DNA of 64,000 nt from a virus. The stretch spans positions 32,001 to 96,000 of IMG/VR virus record IMGVR_UViG_3300025888_000011; one strand, written 5' to 3'. A model generated the notes under the pieces. That model was not told where the DNA came from. It saw nothing but the letters and a program-made list of their open reading frames with translations, and made no database searches. The translations under genes and the position numbers were made by a program. Of the stretch, positions 41,507 to 52,890 are shown one piece after another (the stretch's first letter is position 1; each line of letters opens with the position of its first letter).

Positions 41507-42349
41507 ATGGTAAAATACGAATTAGAATCAAAGGAAGAATTTCTTGAATTTGCAATAGACAGACTCAATGATGAGGATAATATATCTTTAATAGTATTAG
41601 AGGACAACATAGAAATAATCTTAGACTGTCGTGAATTTGAATGTAAATCACTTATTAAAGAAATAAACGCAGAATATTGTATATATGTGATAACTAAAAA
41701 TACTGTTAGGAGTGGTATTTATTTAGAAATTACACCAGTTACATTTGATGAAGATTGCATAATGGAAAATTATATTGAGAATGATTTGGTTGCTGTGCAA
41801 GATGGATTATTAGATGACGAAGAATTATTAGACATAGATGCCGAGGAATTAATTATATTGGATTATGAGTATGACAATGAAGAAACATGTAATTGTGAGT
41901 GTTGTCAAGGATGTTGTGACAATAATGAAGAGGAAAATGAACCAGTAACCAATGAAATATTCGAATGTGAAGATGTTATTACTGCCAAATTAGAATTTAT
42001 AGAAGATACTTTAGAGAATTATGGTGAAATTAGTTTAATCACAAATTATGAAACTGCTAAAGAAATTGCAATGGAATATGGAATACATGATTATTTAGAT
42101 TATTTTGCTATAGATTTACAAAGTGACGTAGAAGGATATTTAGTTGAAATAACTGAGGATGAATTATTTGTTATTGAACCAATTGAAAGAATAGATGGTT
42201 ATTTCACAATTGAAACCGATAGATTGTATATTGATTTTGATGTAGAAGAATATTTAGATGAAGATTTTTATGAAAATTATTTAAATGTTGAAGAGTGTCT
42301 TGGAATCAAAATACAAGAAGTAGAATTAGAGTTTAGTAAGTTAAAGTAA
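41507..42349 (+). CDS. highly acidic protein with internal duplication
   Basis: two similar halves joined by CNCECCQGCC. Confidence 0.75.
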   Translation: MVKYELESKEEFLEFAIDRLNDEDNISLIVLEDNIEIILDCREFECKSLIKEINAEYCIYVITKNTVRSGIYLEITPVTFDEDCIMENYIENDLVAVQDGLLDDEELLDIDAEELIILDYEYDNEETCNCECCQGCCDNNEEENEPVTNEIFECEDVITAKLEFIEDTLENYGEISLITNYETAKEIAMEYGIHDYLDYFAIDLQSDVEGYLVEITEDELFVIEPIERIDGYFTIETDRLYIDFDVEEYLDEDFYENYLNVEECLGIKIQEVELEFSKLK

Positions 42350-42444
42350 TGTAAATATATTTTGATATAGAAGATTAGATTCTTAGTCTTCTATAATGAG
42401 AGTATATAAGAATTAAATAAAGTCATAATAATATAAAAAATATG

Positions 42445-42473
42445 TTGACAAATTAAGTTGAAAATGGTAATAT
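42445..42473 (+). promoter_or_regulatory. sigmaA promoter
   Basis: TTGACA-17-TAATAT with extended TG. Confidence 0.65.
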
Positions 42474-42479
42474 TATATT

Positions 42480-42558
42480 AAGGATAGAATCATATAAAGG
42501 AGTCGACACTTTTATATGATTTGATAAGTGTGGGTTTTATCTACCGTCACTCTTCCTT
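42480..42558 (+). ncRNA. structured leader RNA (three-stem junction) upstream of endonuclease
   Basis: AAGGA/TCCTT closing stem, 13-bp hairpin with AGTCGACA loop, third hairpin complementary to the downstream RBS region. Confidence 0.6.
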
Positions 42559-42616
42559 GATTTTTACATATAATAATCACGGTGGATAAAATAATATAAA
42601 AGAGGTAGATAATAAA

Positions 42617-44041
42617 ATGATAGACTTAGAACAAATAGTAAAAGTTAGATGGAATGGTTGTACAAGAAAATGGTATGAATCTAAAGGATATATTTATACA
42701 AAGCAAAATGAATTTTTTGATTGTAAGTTAGAGGATTTACAAAAGGGTTCAACAGTAAAAGTTTTAGTAATATGTGATTATTGTGGAGAAGAATTTCCAA
42801 AAGAATATAGAAATTACTTTAAAGAAAGAAAAATAGTTGAAAAAGATTGTTGTAAAAATAGAAAATGTATGGTTAAAAAATCTAAAGAAGTTAATTTAAA
42901 AACTATTGGTGTAGAAAATCCTATGCAATTAAAGGAAATAAGTGAAAAATCAGGTGTGAATCATAGAACTCCTTTTAATGAAGTAGTTTTATTATGTGAA
43001 GAAAAAGGACTTTTATTATTAAGTAAAGAGAGTGATTATAAAAACGATAGAACTCCAATTTTTATAATATGTAATAAACATGAATCAGAAGGAATACAAG
43101 AAACTAAATTTGCTAATATAAAAAAGAATAAAACTTGTTGTTTTTTCGGAGGGCATGATTTAATAGGATTAAGTAAAAGATTAAATGGGGAAGATGTTTA
43201 TAATGATTTCATAAAACATGGATTAACTCCATTATTTAAACCAAATGAATACAAGGATAATCAAACTATATTACCATATATATGCGATAAACATAAAGAT
43301 AAAGGAATACAATACAGAGCATATATGAATATAGACAATAATGAAGGATGTTCATATTGTGCAAAAGAGAGAATGAAAGAAAAAATGAGGTTTGATGAGA
43401 AATATGTTTTTGATAATTTGATTAATAAGGGATTAATACCGATTGAGGGCGAAAGATATATTAATAGAAATACTCCTATAAAATACAGATGCATTAAACA
43501 TCCAAACGTTATACAACACATTATATTTGGAGGATTCTTTAATACAGAATGTGCTTGTGATTATTGTAGAATGGAGAAAAGTTTATACAGTTTAAATAGA
43601 TATTTTAGAAGTTCTTTAAGTTTTTGGAGAAAAGAAGCTGAAAATAACTGTAACCATATGTGTATTTTAAGTGGAGTAAAACAATATGAAGTTCATCATT
43701 TATATTCCTATAATTCAATAATAAAAGATGTTGTTGATGAATTAAAGTTAGATTTCAAAAATGTTAAAGATTATTCTGAAATAGATTTATTAAATATAAG
43801 AAATAAAGTAATAGAAAAACATAAATTATCAAAAGGAATATGTTTAAATACTAAATTGCATATTATTTTTCATCAAGTTTTTGGAAAATTAAATAATACA
43901 AAAGAACAATTTGAGGAATTTAAAGAGAGCTATTATAATGGCGAGTTTGATAATGATTTAGAAGAAGAACTAAAATCTTACAATTCTATAAGAAGGTTAA
44001 ATGAAAACAGAATAAAGAGTGATTTTAATGAAGCTATGTAA
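42617..44041 (+). CDS. HNH homing-endonuclease-like protein with repeated Zn modules
   Basis: CDYCG; three C.KH...C..C repeats; EVHH...GICL..KLH..FH..FG..NN. Confidence 0.8.
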   Translation: MIDLEQIVKVRWNGCTRKWYESKGYIYTKQNEFFDCKLEDLQKGSTVKVLVICDYCGEEFPKEYRNYFKERKIVEKDCCKNRKCMVKKSKEVNLKTIGVENPMQLKEISEKSGVNHRTPFNEVVLLCEEKGLLLLSKESDYKNDRTPIFIICNKHESEGIQETKFANIKKNKTCCFFGGHDLIGLSKRLNGEDVYNDFIKHGLTPLFKPNEYKDNQTILPYICDKHKDKGIQYRAYMNIDNNEGCSYCAKERMKEKMRFDEKYVFDNLINKGLIPIEGERYINRNTPIKYRCIKHPNVIQHIIFGGFFNTECACDYCRMEKSLYSLNRYFRSSLSFWRKEAENNCNHMCILSGVKQYEVHHLYSYNSIIKDVVDELKLDFKNVKDYSEIDLLNIRNKVIEKHKLSKGICLNTKLHIIFHQVFGKLNNTKEQFEEFKESYYNGEFDNDLEEELKSYNSIRRLNENRIKSDFNEAM

Positions 44042-44088
44042 AATTGTAGCTTCATTTTTAATGCATAAAAATATAAGGAAGTGAAAAT

Positions 44089-45198
44089 ATGACAACAAGA
44101 GCAATAACAAGTAAAACTAAATCTAAATCCACAACTAAAAAAGAAGACAAGCCAATAGTAGAAATTACTTGTACTTGTTGTGGTGAAACAAAACATGATA
44201 CTGAATTTTATAGTAGTCAAAGTGAAATATTTAAAGCAAATAATAAGATGTGTATTTGCAAAAATTGTGTAATTGAGATATTTGATTTTTATAAGGCTAA
44301 ATATAAGGATGATGAACAAGCTTCTATATATCGAACTTGTGAATTATTAGATGTTTATTATACTGAAAATTTAATAGAATCTTCGAGAAAAGAGATGCTT
44401 AAAAGAGGTTCAGAAACTGGAAGTGTTATGAAATTCTACATGAAGAACGTGGGAATGAATCAATATAAAAATATGTCTTTTGAAGATAGAGAGATAACAC
44501 ATATACATGCTAAGGAAATTTTATATGAAAAAGAATTAGCTGAATTAACAGAAACTAAGAAAGAGAAAAAAGCTAAGGAAGATTGTATGAAGCTTATAGG
44601 ATATGATGCATTTTCTAGTGAACCTGTAAAAGAAAAGAAAGCATTATATTCAAAACTTGTAGGATTTTTAGATAGTTCTACACTTAAAGATAATTTTAAG
44701 ATTCCAATTGTTATCCAAATTGTGAAAATGTTTAATCAAGCAGACCAATTAGATAGGGCATTATCTGAACATTTAAGTAACCCTGATGTTATTTTAAAAT
44801 CGTCAGATGACATAAATAGGATAATAGGGGCTAAACAGAAAATAACTTCTGCTGTTTTAAGTATGGCTAAAGATAATGGAATAAGTGTAAATTACAGTAA
44901 CAATAAAAGTAAAGGAGCTGGAACACTTACTGGAATAATAAAAGAACTACAAGAGATTGGATTTGAAGATGCTGATGTTAATTTGTTTGATGTAGAAACA
45001 TTAGGTGGAATTAAGCATGTTGCTGATGAGAGCAATAAATCTATTGCGGAGCAATTGCAGTTTGATGAGAATGATTATACAGAAATGATAAGTGAACAGA
45101 AAATATTAATAGAAAAGTTTCAAAAATCATCAGATAAAATGGAAGAAGAAAATAGAAAAATAAAAACAATTTTAAACTTAAATGGTTTGAAATATTAA
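44089..45198 (+). CDS. putative terminase small subunit (YonG-like)
   Basis: CTCCG...CKNC zinc finger; directly upstream of the large terminase. Confidence 0.6.
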   Translation: MTTRAITSKTKSKSTTKKEDKPIVEITCTCCGETKHDTEFYSSQSEIFKANNKMCICKNCVIEIFDFYKAKYKDDEQASIYRTCELLDVYYTENLIESSRKEMLKRGSETGSVMKFYMKNVGMNQYKNMSFEDREITHIHAKEILYEKELAELTETKKEKKAKEDCMKLIGYDAFSSEPVKEKKALYSKLVGFLDSSTLKDNFKIPIVIQIVKMFNQADQLDRALSEHLSNPDVILKSSDDINRIIGAKQKITSAVLSMAKDNGISVNYSNNKSKGAGTLTGIIKELQEIGFEDADVNLFDVETLGGIKHVADESNKSIAEQLQFDENDYTEMISEQKILIEKFQKSSDKMEEENRKIKTILNLNGLKY

Positions 45199-45216
45199 GG
45201 AGGGAGTCTATAGAAA

Positions 45217-47345
45217 ATGGATTTCTCAATAAAACAAGGAAAAGAATATATGTCAGATACAAAAAAAGAAGGATATATGAGATTAGCACAAATAATACAA
45301 TGGGGAAGAAAGTATCCCACAAAATTCGTTGAAAGATTTTTTGGTGTATTTCTATTAGATTATCAAAAATATGTTTTTATGAATAGTTGGTCAACTCCAT
45401 TTTGTGTATGGTGTCAATGTCGTTCTAGTGGTAAATCAACATTAGGAAGTCCATTTATAATGGCTAAATCAATATTGATTCCTAATTTTCAAGGGTATTT
45501 ACTTGCAGGAGATGGCTCTCAGAGTAAGGAATTATTTCAGAAAATTGAGAAAATTGCTAATAGAGAAATTACCTCATTTACAGGGTTAACAGATGTATTT
45601 GGCAACGAATTAGTTAAGAGTGCCTCAAACACCAGTGGATTTACACATAATCCAAATTCCTTTGAATATAAGCTTTATAATGGTTCTAAGGTCAATACCT
45701 TAAATTCCGTTCCCGATAACCTTCGTTCGAAAAGAAGCAACTGTAACTTCTACGATAAACTTTTGTCGCCTTATATAGTAATATATAAGTGAAAATTATT
45801 CAATATCGGTGAATCCTAAGTCAGAAATGATATGGCGATACCGAGATAAGTTAAAGGTTTAAAAACTTTTGACCATCGTAACGCATAGAGATTGAAACTT
45901 TATATTAATATTATAAAGATATAAAATATCTCCAAGAGTGAATAACAACCTTGTAGGTTGAAAATGTATGCTGAACTTATAAGAAATTATAAGAAGTAGA
46001 GGATAAAAAGCCTTTACGATAACAAAAATTGGAAGCAGGTTTCATACCAGACGATTTATTTGTAACAACAGAGCCATTTACAACACAAAATAGTAACTTT
46101 GCTTTAGGTGGTGAATCACAAGATGTAACTTTAATACCTAAACAATTTCCTAATCAGTTAATTTACGCTTCATCAGCATCAAGTATTGACCAATATTTCT
46201 TTAAAAAATATAAGGAATTTTCTAAAAGAATGTTTTTAGGGGATAAAAAGTATTTTGTTGCAGATATAAAAGATGAGGTTGTAATGAGTGCAACATTTAA
46301 TGGAAAAGTGTATCCTGTATCTCTGTTAGTTCAAGAAACAATAGATAATGCTATGAGAGAAAACCCTGAAAAAGCAAATAGAGAATATAAAAATATATTT
46401 TCTAAAGAGGGTGGAGACAATCAAATTATTAAACGTGCAAGCATTATAAGAAATTCTAAAAATTACAAACCTATACTAACGAATGAAACTAATGAAATGA
46501 AGTTTATTTTAGCTCAAGACCCAGCAAGAAAATCTGATAATTCTATTACAACTATAGGATTGTTATATCACGATGAACATGTTGGTTATAAATTGAGATT
46601 ATGTAATTGTGTTAATTTTCTTGATAAAGGAAACAAAGTTAAACAACAAATGAGAATACCAGACCAAATCAAAGAAGTTAAAATTTTATTAAATAGTTAC
46701 AATGGAAAAGGCAAGGCACAGTGCGAAAACATACATAAGTTGTTGGTTGATGCAGGAGCTGGAGGTCAAGGACTGTCAATAGCAGATGAATTTATGGAAG
46801 ATTATAAAATTGACGGAAAAGACTATAGAGGATTGATAGATAAAGAAAACTGTTCAGAATATATTACTACATTTCCTAATGCTTTAGATAAACTTAAATT
46901 AATATCCCCACAAAAATATAAGAGAGATATGTTTGATGCTCTAGTAGAAATGATGAATATGGACTTAATTGAATTCCCTTCAAATTATGACGGTAGAGGA
47001 TATTTACGGTTTGAGGAGAGTATGACAGAATGTTATACGGATGAAGATAACAAATCGAAAAAGAAAACTGAAGCAAAGGAAAATATATATAAATTAAGTG
47101 ATGATGAAATTTTATCTTTAGTAAATTTAGATTTAGCAAAAGAAGAATTGGTCAATATTCATAGGATAGATTCATCAAATGAGAATTATAGATACGACTT
47201 ACCTGCCGACAAAAAAAGAAAGATGCATGACGATAAAGCGTATACGATTGCGATGCTCGCGTGGGAGTTAAAAAATATAAGAAGAGATGAATTTTATGAA
47301 GGTAAAGGAAAGCAAAAAGTAAACATCTTGGATTATTGCATGTAA
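45217..47345 (+). CDS. terL: terminase large subunit, join(45217..45756,46032..47345)
   Basis: CRSSGKS Walker A; splicing restores Walker B FYDEAG; ASSA, DPA..SD, HDDKAYT nuclease motifs. Confidence 0.9.
45757..46031 (+). mobile_element. group I intron without ORF (275 nt)
   Basis: P1 CGAU/GUCG with U.G; P2 CTTATATA-GTAA-TATATAAG; P7 GCATA/TATGC; terminal G; in-frame junction. Confidence 0.9.
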
Positions 47346-47406
47346 ATAATAATATAAAACTATAAACACACAATTTCCAAATCCTCAAAGAAAGGAGGTA
47401 TACAAA

Positions 47407-48981
47407 TTGACAACTAAAAAAATAACTAAAGAATCAATAGAATTATCTCAATCATTAAAAGAAACTCAAGAACTTGAAGAAGAATCTCATCGTGATTATG
47501 TATCATTTGCAAAAGATAGTTCTGTTTCAAATAAATCTTCTGCATATTCTTCTATTCAAAATAATAAAGCAAGGAAAACATCTAAAAGTAATATAAAGAA
47601 ATTTTTAGATAATCCTACTGACAATTATTTACAATTACAACAGTCTTCACAATATCTTAAAAATACAAATGGTATTTATAATAGATTAATATTCTATTTT
47701 TCATCATTATTAACATATGAACATTATTTATACCCTGTAGTGAGTTCAGATAAATTGGATAACGATAAAAAAGTAACAAAAGTTTATGAAGACGTTGCAA
47801 TAAATTTAGAAAAATATAATTTAAAGTTTAATTTACCTAAATTTACAGAATACATATTTACAGATGGAGAAGTATTTTTATATAAATTAGAAGATACAAA
47901 AGGAATTGTATTTAAGAAAATTCCAAATGAATATTGTAGAGTTAGTCAAATGGAAGATGGAGTTTTTAGATATGAAATAAATGTTACTAAATTTACAGAT
48001 ATTACAATACAAGAATTTCCACAAGAATTTCAAAATTTATATAACGTATTTCATGATAAAGAAAAATCAGATAAAAATAAGAAACAGAATAAGAATCAAA
48101 ACAATATTCTCAATAATATTAATAACAACTATATAAATTATGGATGGTTTCAAATTAGTAATAAAGGAGTTTGTTTTCCTACTCAATGGAATAATTTTCA
48201 TTCATTTCCTATGATGTCCTATTTATTACCAGATATTATGGATATAGATTCTATTAAGGATTTAAAGAAAGATTCTGATAGATTAGATAATACAAAATTT
48301 ATACATAGTAAAGTTGAAACTAATAAAGATACTGGATTACCTGTAATGGATTTAGATATTGTAAAAGCATATAACAAATCTATTCAAGATAAATTGCCTG
48401 ATGGAATGGTAGCTATTACTAATCCATTTGTAACAAACTCTATTCAACTAGCAGGAAGTCAAAGTAATATAAATAATATTGTTGAACAAGCTACAGATTA
48501 TATTTATTCAAGTGCAGGAGTAAGTGATTTACTCTTTTCTAATAAGAAATCATCTAGTGAAGCACTTAAACAATCTATTGCAGTTGATGTTCAAATACTA
48601 TTATCATTTATATTACCATTATATATTAATTATATAAACTTTGAATTAAGACAATATAATTCTGTTTATAGATTTGCTGTAAGAATATTAGAAACAACAT
48701 TATTATCTAGAAAAGATGATTTAACACTTAGTATGGCAAGTATGAATGTAGGCGGTTCTAGATTAAAGTTTATGGCTTTATGTGGACATACTCCTATTGA
48801 AGCGAGAACTCTTAGAAAACTAGAGAATGCTTTAGGTATGGATGAATTATTAACTCCTAAATTAAATGGTAATGTAATTAGTGGAAATGCAGATGGAACT
48901 TCAAATGTTGGAGGAGCACCTACAGCTGAATCAACAGGAACGGTAGGAGATAACACAGAAAAGGCTAACGAAAACAAGTAA
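47407..48981 (+). CDS. portal protein (YonE-like)
   Basis: 524 aa after terminase; NGIYNRLIFY, DGEVF.Y, SSAGVS..LF. Confidence 0.75.
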   Translation: MTTKKITKESIELSQSLKETQELEEESHRDYVSFAKDSSVSNKSSAYSSIQNNKARKTSKSNIKKFLDNPTDNYLQLQQSSQYLKNTNGIYNRLIFYFSSLLTYEHYLYPVVSSDKLDNDKKVTKVYEDVAINLEKYNLKFNLPKFTEYIFTDGEVFLYKLEDTKGIVFKKIPNEYCRVSQMEDGVFRYEINVTKFTDITIQEFPQEFQNLYNVFHDKEKSDKNKKQNKNQNNILNNINNNYINYGWFQISNKGVCFPTQWNNFHSFPMMSYLLPDIMDIDSIKDLKKDSDRLDNTKFIHSKVETNKDTGLPVMDLDIVKAYNKSIQDKLPDGMVAITNPFVTNSIQLAGSQSNINNIVEQATDYIYSSAGVSDLLFSNKKSSSEALKQSIAVDVQILLSFILPLYINYINFELRQYNSVYRFAVRILETTLLSRKDDLTLSMASMNVGGSRLKFMALCGHTPIEARTLRKLENALGMDELLTPKLNGNVISGNADGTSNVGGAPTAESTGTVGDNTEKANENK

Positions 48982-49011
48982 ATAATATAAAACATATGGA
49001 CGATAAAGGAT

Positions 49012-49206
49012 GTGATAAAAATGTTTATATATTGTTTTGAAAAGAAAGATAAGGAAGATTTGATTTCTAAGGGATATAGGTATTTAAAAGAAGAAACTGT
49101 TGGTCTTGGCGATAAAAAAGCCTATGTGTTTATAGATGATAATAAACTGAATTTTGAAGAATTAGATAATAAGAAGTTTATTAAAAGTAATAAGATGAAT
49201 TTCTAA
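49012..49206 (+). CDS. small hypothetical protein
   Basis: 64 aa FIYCF...DLISKGY.YL. Confidence 0.65.
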   Translation: MIKMFIYCFEKKDKEDLISKGYRYLKEETVGLGDKKAYVFIDDNKLNFEELDNKKFIKSNKMNF

Positions 49207-49226
49207 GTGAAGGGAGGTGAAAATTA

Positions 49227-50609
49227 GTGGAATACAAATATATACCAACTAAATTTGAATCAATAGGTAATACAGACAAAGTAAATGATGAGTTTGTTCG
49301 TTGCTCGATTTCGGTTCTCGGATTGGAACAGGTAGCAAATAATACTCATTTTAATAAAGAAAGCGTAGATAAAGCAACCCCAACTTTAGGATATATACCA
49401 GTAATAGGATATATGAGAGAAGGAGAGTTTCAAGGACATGGACAAGAAATAGTTCTTAAAGATGATGGTGGAGTAGAATTTATTGTAAAAACAATCCCTT
49501 ACGGTGTAGTTATAAAAGATTCAGCAAGATATGAGGATATGACTCATTTAAATGGGACAAAAGAATCTTATTTAGTGACAGATTGTTATATTTGGAGAAG
49601 ATATTTAGATGATGTAGATATGATTAATTCGTTGAAACAAAGCATGGAAATTATGGTTAATAATTGTGATTGGGATGAAAATGGAGTATTACAAATTACA
49701 GATTTTTCCTTCTCTGCTCTTTGCATGATTTCCGTAGAACCTGCTTTTGAACTTTCTAAGATAAGAACATTAGACAAATTCTCTAAATCAGACTTTAAGG
49801 CAGAATATACAGCAATGTGTGGGGCTTTAGATATATATTTAAGCGATAATAAAATAAAAGAAAGTAGGGTGATAAAAAAGATGGAAAATAAAATTGAAGA
49901 AGAAGTAGTAGAAGTAAAATTAGCAGAAGAGACTCCTGTTGAGGAAATAGTTGAAATGACTAAAGAACCGATTGTTAAAGATGAAGAAAAAATAGAATTA
50001 AAAGAGGCTAAGAAAAAGGAAGACCCAAAAACAGTAGAACCAAAAGTTCCAACTGAAAAAGGCACACCTGTAGAACCAGTAGTTCCAGTTAACAAAACTA
50101 TACCTGAAGATAAAAAGAAGAAAAAGGTTGTTGCAGAAAAGGTAGTAGAAGAAGTTGTAAGCGTGAATTTTGAAGCAGAATACGATTCTATAAAATCTAG
50201 TTTTGATAAACTTGAAATTAGTAATAATGAATTGAAGGCAAAATTCAATGACATTACATCACAATTTGAAACTTTAAATACAGAAGTAATCTCTCTGAGA
50301 GAGTTTAAACTTAATGAAGAAAATCAGAAAGCATTTGAATTGAGAAAAATTGAAGTTGATAAAATTATAGCAGAATTCTCTTTTGAAGAAGAAGAGATTA
50401 AAGACATACGTCAAAAAGCGTACTCTAATGAAATTGCAACAGAGGAATTGGAAAATTCTTTATTTACATTAGAAGGAAGAAAACTTCATGCTAAAAAACA
50501 ATTTTCAGCTAAGAAAGTAGAAGCAATAGTTGAAAAACCTGTAGTTAAAATTACAGAAGAACAAACAGTTAAAAGTGTTTACGGTTCAGCCGATAAATAT
50601 TTTAAATAG
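49227..50609 (+). CDS. prohead protease/scaffold (YonD-like)
   Basis: PVIG...GH, QSMEI, FSALCM...PAFE; acidic coiled-coil C-terminus. Confidence 0.75.
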   Translation: MEYKYIPTKFESIGNTDKVNDEFVRCSISVLGLEQVANNTHFNKESVDKATPTLGYIPVIGYMREGEFQGHGQEIVLKDDGGVEFIVKTIPYGVVIKDSARYEDMTHLNGTKESYLVTDCYIWRRYLDDVDMINSLKQSMEIMVNNCDWDENGVLQITDFSFSALCMISVEPAFELSKIRTLDKFSKSDFKAEYTAMCGALDIYLSDNKIKESRVIKKMENKIEEEVVEVKLAEETPVEEIVEMTKEPIVKDEEKIELKEAKKKEDPKTVEPKVPTEKGTPVEPVVPVNKTIPEDKKKKKVVAEKVVEEVVSVNFEAEYDSIKSSFDKLEISNNELKAKFNDITSQFETLNTEVISLREFKLNEENQKAFELRKIEVDKIIAEFSFEEEEIKDIRQKAYSNEIATEELENSLFTLEGRKLHAKKQFSAKKVEAIVEKPVVKITEEQTVKSVYGSADKYFK

Positions 50610-50672
50610 TAACAATACAAGATATTAATATAAAAACAACAAAACAAATTAAAATTCGAGGAGGAATATATA

Positions 50673-51128
50673 ATGATAAGATTAGACAAAATTAAAGGTT
50701 CAGCTCACATAGCTTCATTTACATTCGCAACAACTTTAACAAACGGTGCAGTAGTTGCATTAGGTGCTTTAAACACAGACGGTGAAAGTTACATAGGTGG
50801 TGCTGTAGCTAACGTTGCTACAGATAAAATAGTTTTTCATGCTTCAGTAGAATTACAATATGCAGTTGATGCAATGGAAGAGGATTACACTCTTAAAATA
50901 GGTGGTAAAGGTAGAGGTTATATTCTTGAAAAAGGAGATATCGTAACAATTACAGATGACCAACTTACTGGAACTACAGTTGTAGGTGGATTTGTATTAC
51001 CAGTAGTAGGAACTAAACTTGCTTTTAGTGCATCAGCTAGAACAACTGAAAATTTAGCTTTCCAAGTAATAGAAAAAACAACTCTTGGTGGAGCAGTAGC
51101 AACAGCTTTAGAAGTAATATACGCTTAA
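50673..51128 (+). CDS. putative head decoration protein
   Basis: NGAVVALG, beta-rich, sits between scaffold and capsid, high-expression codon bias. Confidence 0.6.
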   Translation: MIRLDKIKGSAHIASFTFATTLTNGAVVALGALNTDGESYIGGAVANVATDKIVFHASVELQYAVDAMEEDYTLKIGGKGRGYILEKGDIVTITDDQLTGTTVVGGFVLPVVGTKLAFSASARTTENLAFQVIEKTTLGGAVATALEVIYA

Positions 51129-51184
51129 TTTATAAAAATAAAATAATATAAAAATTAATAATACAATTCGAGGAGGAATATATA

Positions 51185-52162
51185 ATGATAGCAAAAATGA
51201 CTGATTTACAGAAAGTATCTTTAGATACATATAGGGGTGTTGTAACAAACTACTCTACATCAGAAGGAAATGACGCAATAAGAAATGCAATATTAGAAGC
51301 AGTAGGTGGCGAATGGTCTTATAATAAATTTATGAAAAATCAATATGATGTATATGAGATTCTTATTGAAACACTTTCTATTGGAATGGGAACTCTTTTA
51401 TTAGACCAATTAAACAACTTTGTTGAAATGAAAGATACTAATTTAGGAGATACTACTACATTTATTGTAGAGGATAATTCTTTATTTAAAGTAGCATCTA
51501 TATGTGATGGTAACACAGATATCAGAAGACAGAAATTACATTCAAGAAAATTCCCAATAACTACTGAAAGACTTGGTTTAAAGGTGTATGCTGATTTAGA
51601 GATGTTTATGGCAAATAGAATAGATTGGACTAAAATGATAAACAGAGTTTCAGTTTCATTCAATGCAGAAATAGGTAGTAGAATATATAACGCATTATAT
51701 GCTTCATACGCAGGACTAAACGCTCCTTATGCTGTAACAGGTGTTTTTACATCTGAAGCACTAGCAGATATGGTTGCACATGTAGAAGCACAAACAGGTC
51801 AAACTGTTGTTATCTATGGTACTAAGAAAGCATTAGGTAAAATTACTAACGCTAATCTTTCTGATAAAATGAAAGACGAATTACACTTAGTAGGACATTT
51901 TGGTAGTTTCCAAGGAACAGAATTACTTGAATTACCACAAGCTCACAAAGCTAATACAGATACATTTGTAGTAACAGATGACTTCTTACTTGTAGTTCCA
52001 AATGGTGAAAAAATAGTAAAGGTTGTTTTAGAAGGAGAACCTACTATGTATGAAACATCAGCAGGTGCAAGAAACGATGAGCAAATGGAATTCTTCTTTG
52101 CTAGAAAAGTTGGTATTGCTGTATTAAAAGCTTCACAATATGGTTTTTACAAAATATCATAA
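51185..52162 (+). CDS. major capsid protein (YonB-like)
   Basis: 325 aa, position, DIRRQKL, IYGTKKAL, high-expression codons, terminator downstream. Confidence 0.8.
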   Translation: MIAKMTDLQKVSLDTYRGVVTNYSTSEGNDAIRNAILEAVGGEWSYNKFMKNQYDVYEILIETLSIGMGTLLLDQLNNFVEMKDTNLGDTTTFIVEDNSLFKVASICDGNTDIRRQKLHSRKFPITTERLGLKVYADLEMFMANRIDWTKMINRVSVSFNAEIGSRIYNALYASYAGLNAPYAVTGVFTSEALADMVAHVEAQTGQTVVIYGTKKALGKITNANLSDKMKDELHLVGHFGSFQGTELLELPQAHKANTDTFVVTDDFLLVVPNGEKIVKVVLEGEPTMYETSAGARNDEQMEFFFARKVGIAVLKASQYGFYKIS

Positions 52163-52178
52163 TAAGAATATAAAATAT

Positions 52179-52211
52179 AAAAGTAGATATATTAATTTAT
52201 GTCTACTTTTT
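52179..52211 (+). terminator. intrinsic terminator after capsid gene
   Basis: AAAAGTAGATA/TGTCTACTTTT. Confidence 0.7.
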
Positions 52212-52247
52212 AATAATTAAATTAGATAGAAAAGGAGATTAATAAAA

Positions 52248-52865
52248 ATGGCAAATGTAAAGAAAGAAACTATAGATGTAGTAGAAAAAGCAGAAGATAA
52301 GAAAATAGAGACTAAAGTAGAACCTAAAATAGAGGTTGAAGCAAAAAAGGAAACAGTAGTACAACCTAAAAAAAGAATAAAAGTAGATAGAACAACAGAA
52401 GTTAAAATAATGAATAATACAAATGGAATATTTATTTATGAAAATGATAAGACGAATACGAGTTGTATTCTAACTAAATTTGGTGACGAAGATTATTTAA
52501 CTATTGATGAATTATTAAAAATGAAAAATTCACATAGAGATATAATTGAGAAATTTTGGATAAGAATTGTAAATGTTGAAAATGAAGAAATTGAAATGGA
52601 AGATGTATTAAATTTTCTATTGATAGATGATTTATATAAAAATGCATTAAATGCTGAACAAGTTGATGAAATGCTTTTAACAGAATCTGATGAAAGATTT
52701 GAAACAGTATTTTTAAAACTACATAAAGAATTTAAAAATAGAATAATAGAAAGAGCTACAATTTTATTTGAAGAAAAAAGATTTAATGATTTCTATAAAA
52801 TGCAACTTATAACAGAATATTTAAATAACGATGAGTTTTTCAAAGAAATTGCTGAGAGAAAGTAA
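52248..52865 (+). CDS. hypothetical morphogenesis protein
   Basis: 205 aa, position after capsid. Confidence 0.65.
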   Translation: MANVKKETIDVVEKAEDKKIETKVEPKIEVEAKKETVVQPKKRIKVDRTTEVKIMNNTNGIFIYENDKTNTSCILTKFGDEDYLTIDELLKMKNSHRDIIEKFWIRIVNVENEEIEMEDVLNFLLIDDLYKNALNAEQVDEMLLTESDERFETVFLKLHKEFKNRIIERATILFEEKRFNDFYKMQLITEYLNNDEFFKEIAERK

Positions 52866-52890
52866 TATAAAAAGGTGGTGAAACAAATAA

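Noticed and set aside
48058-48140. Intein or insertion element in the portal gene
   Set aside because: Only a short low-complexity N/K/Q stretch with no intein motifs
49586-50254. 222-aa minus-strand ORF and similar antisense ORFs (e.g. 9600, 12120, 28412, 48666)
   Set aside because: Shadows of well-supported genes, S/F/L-rich, no RBS or motifs
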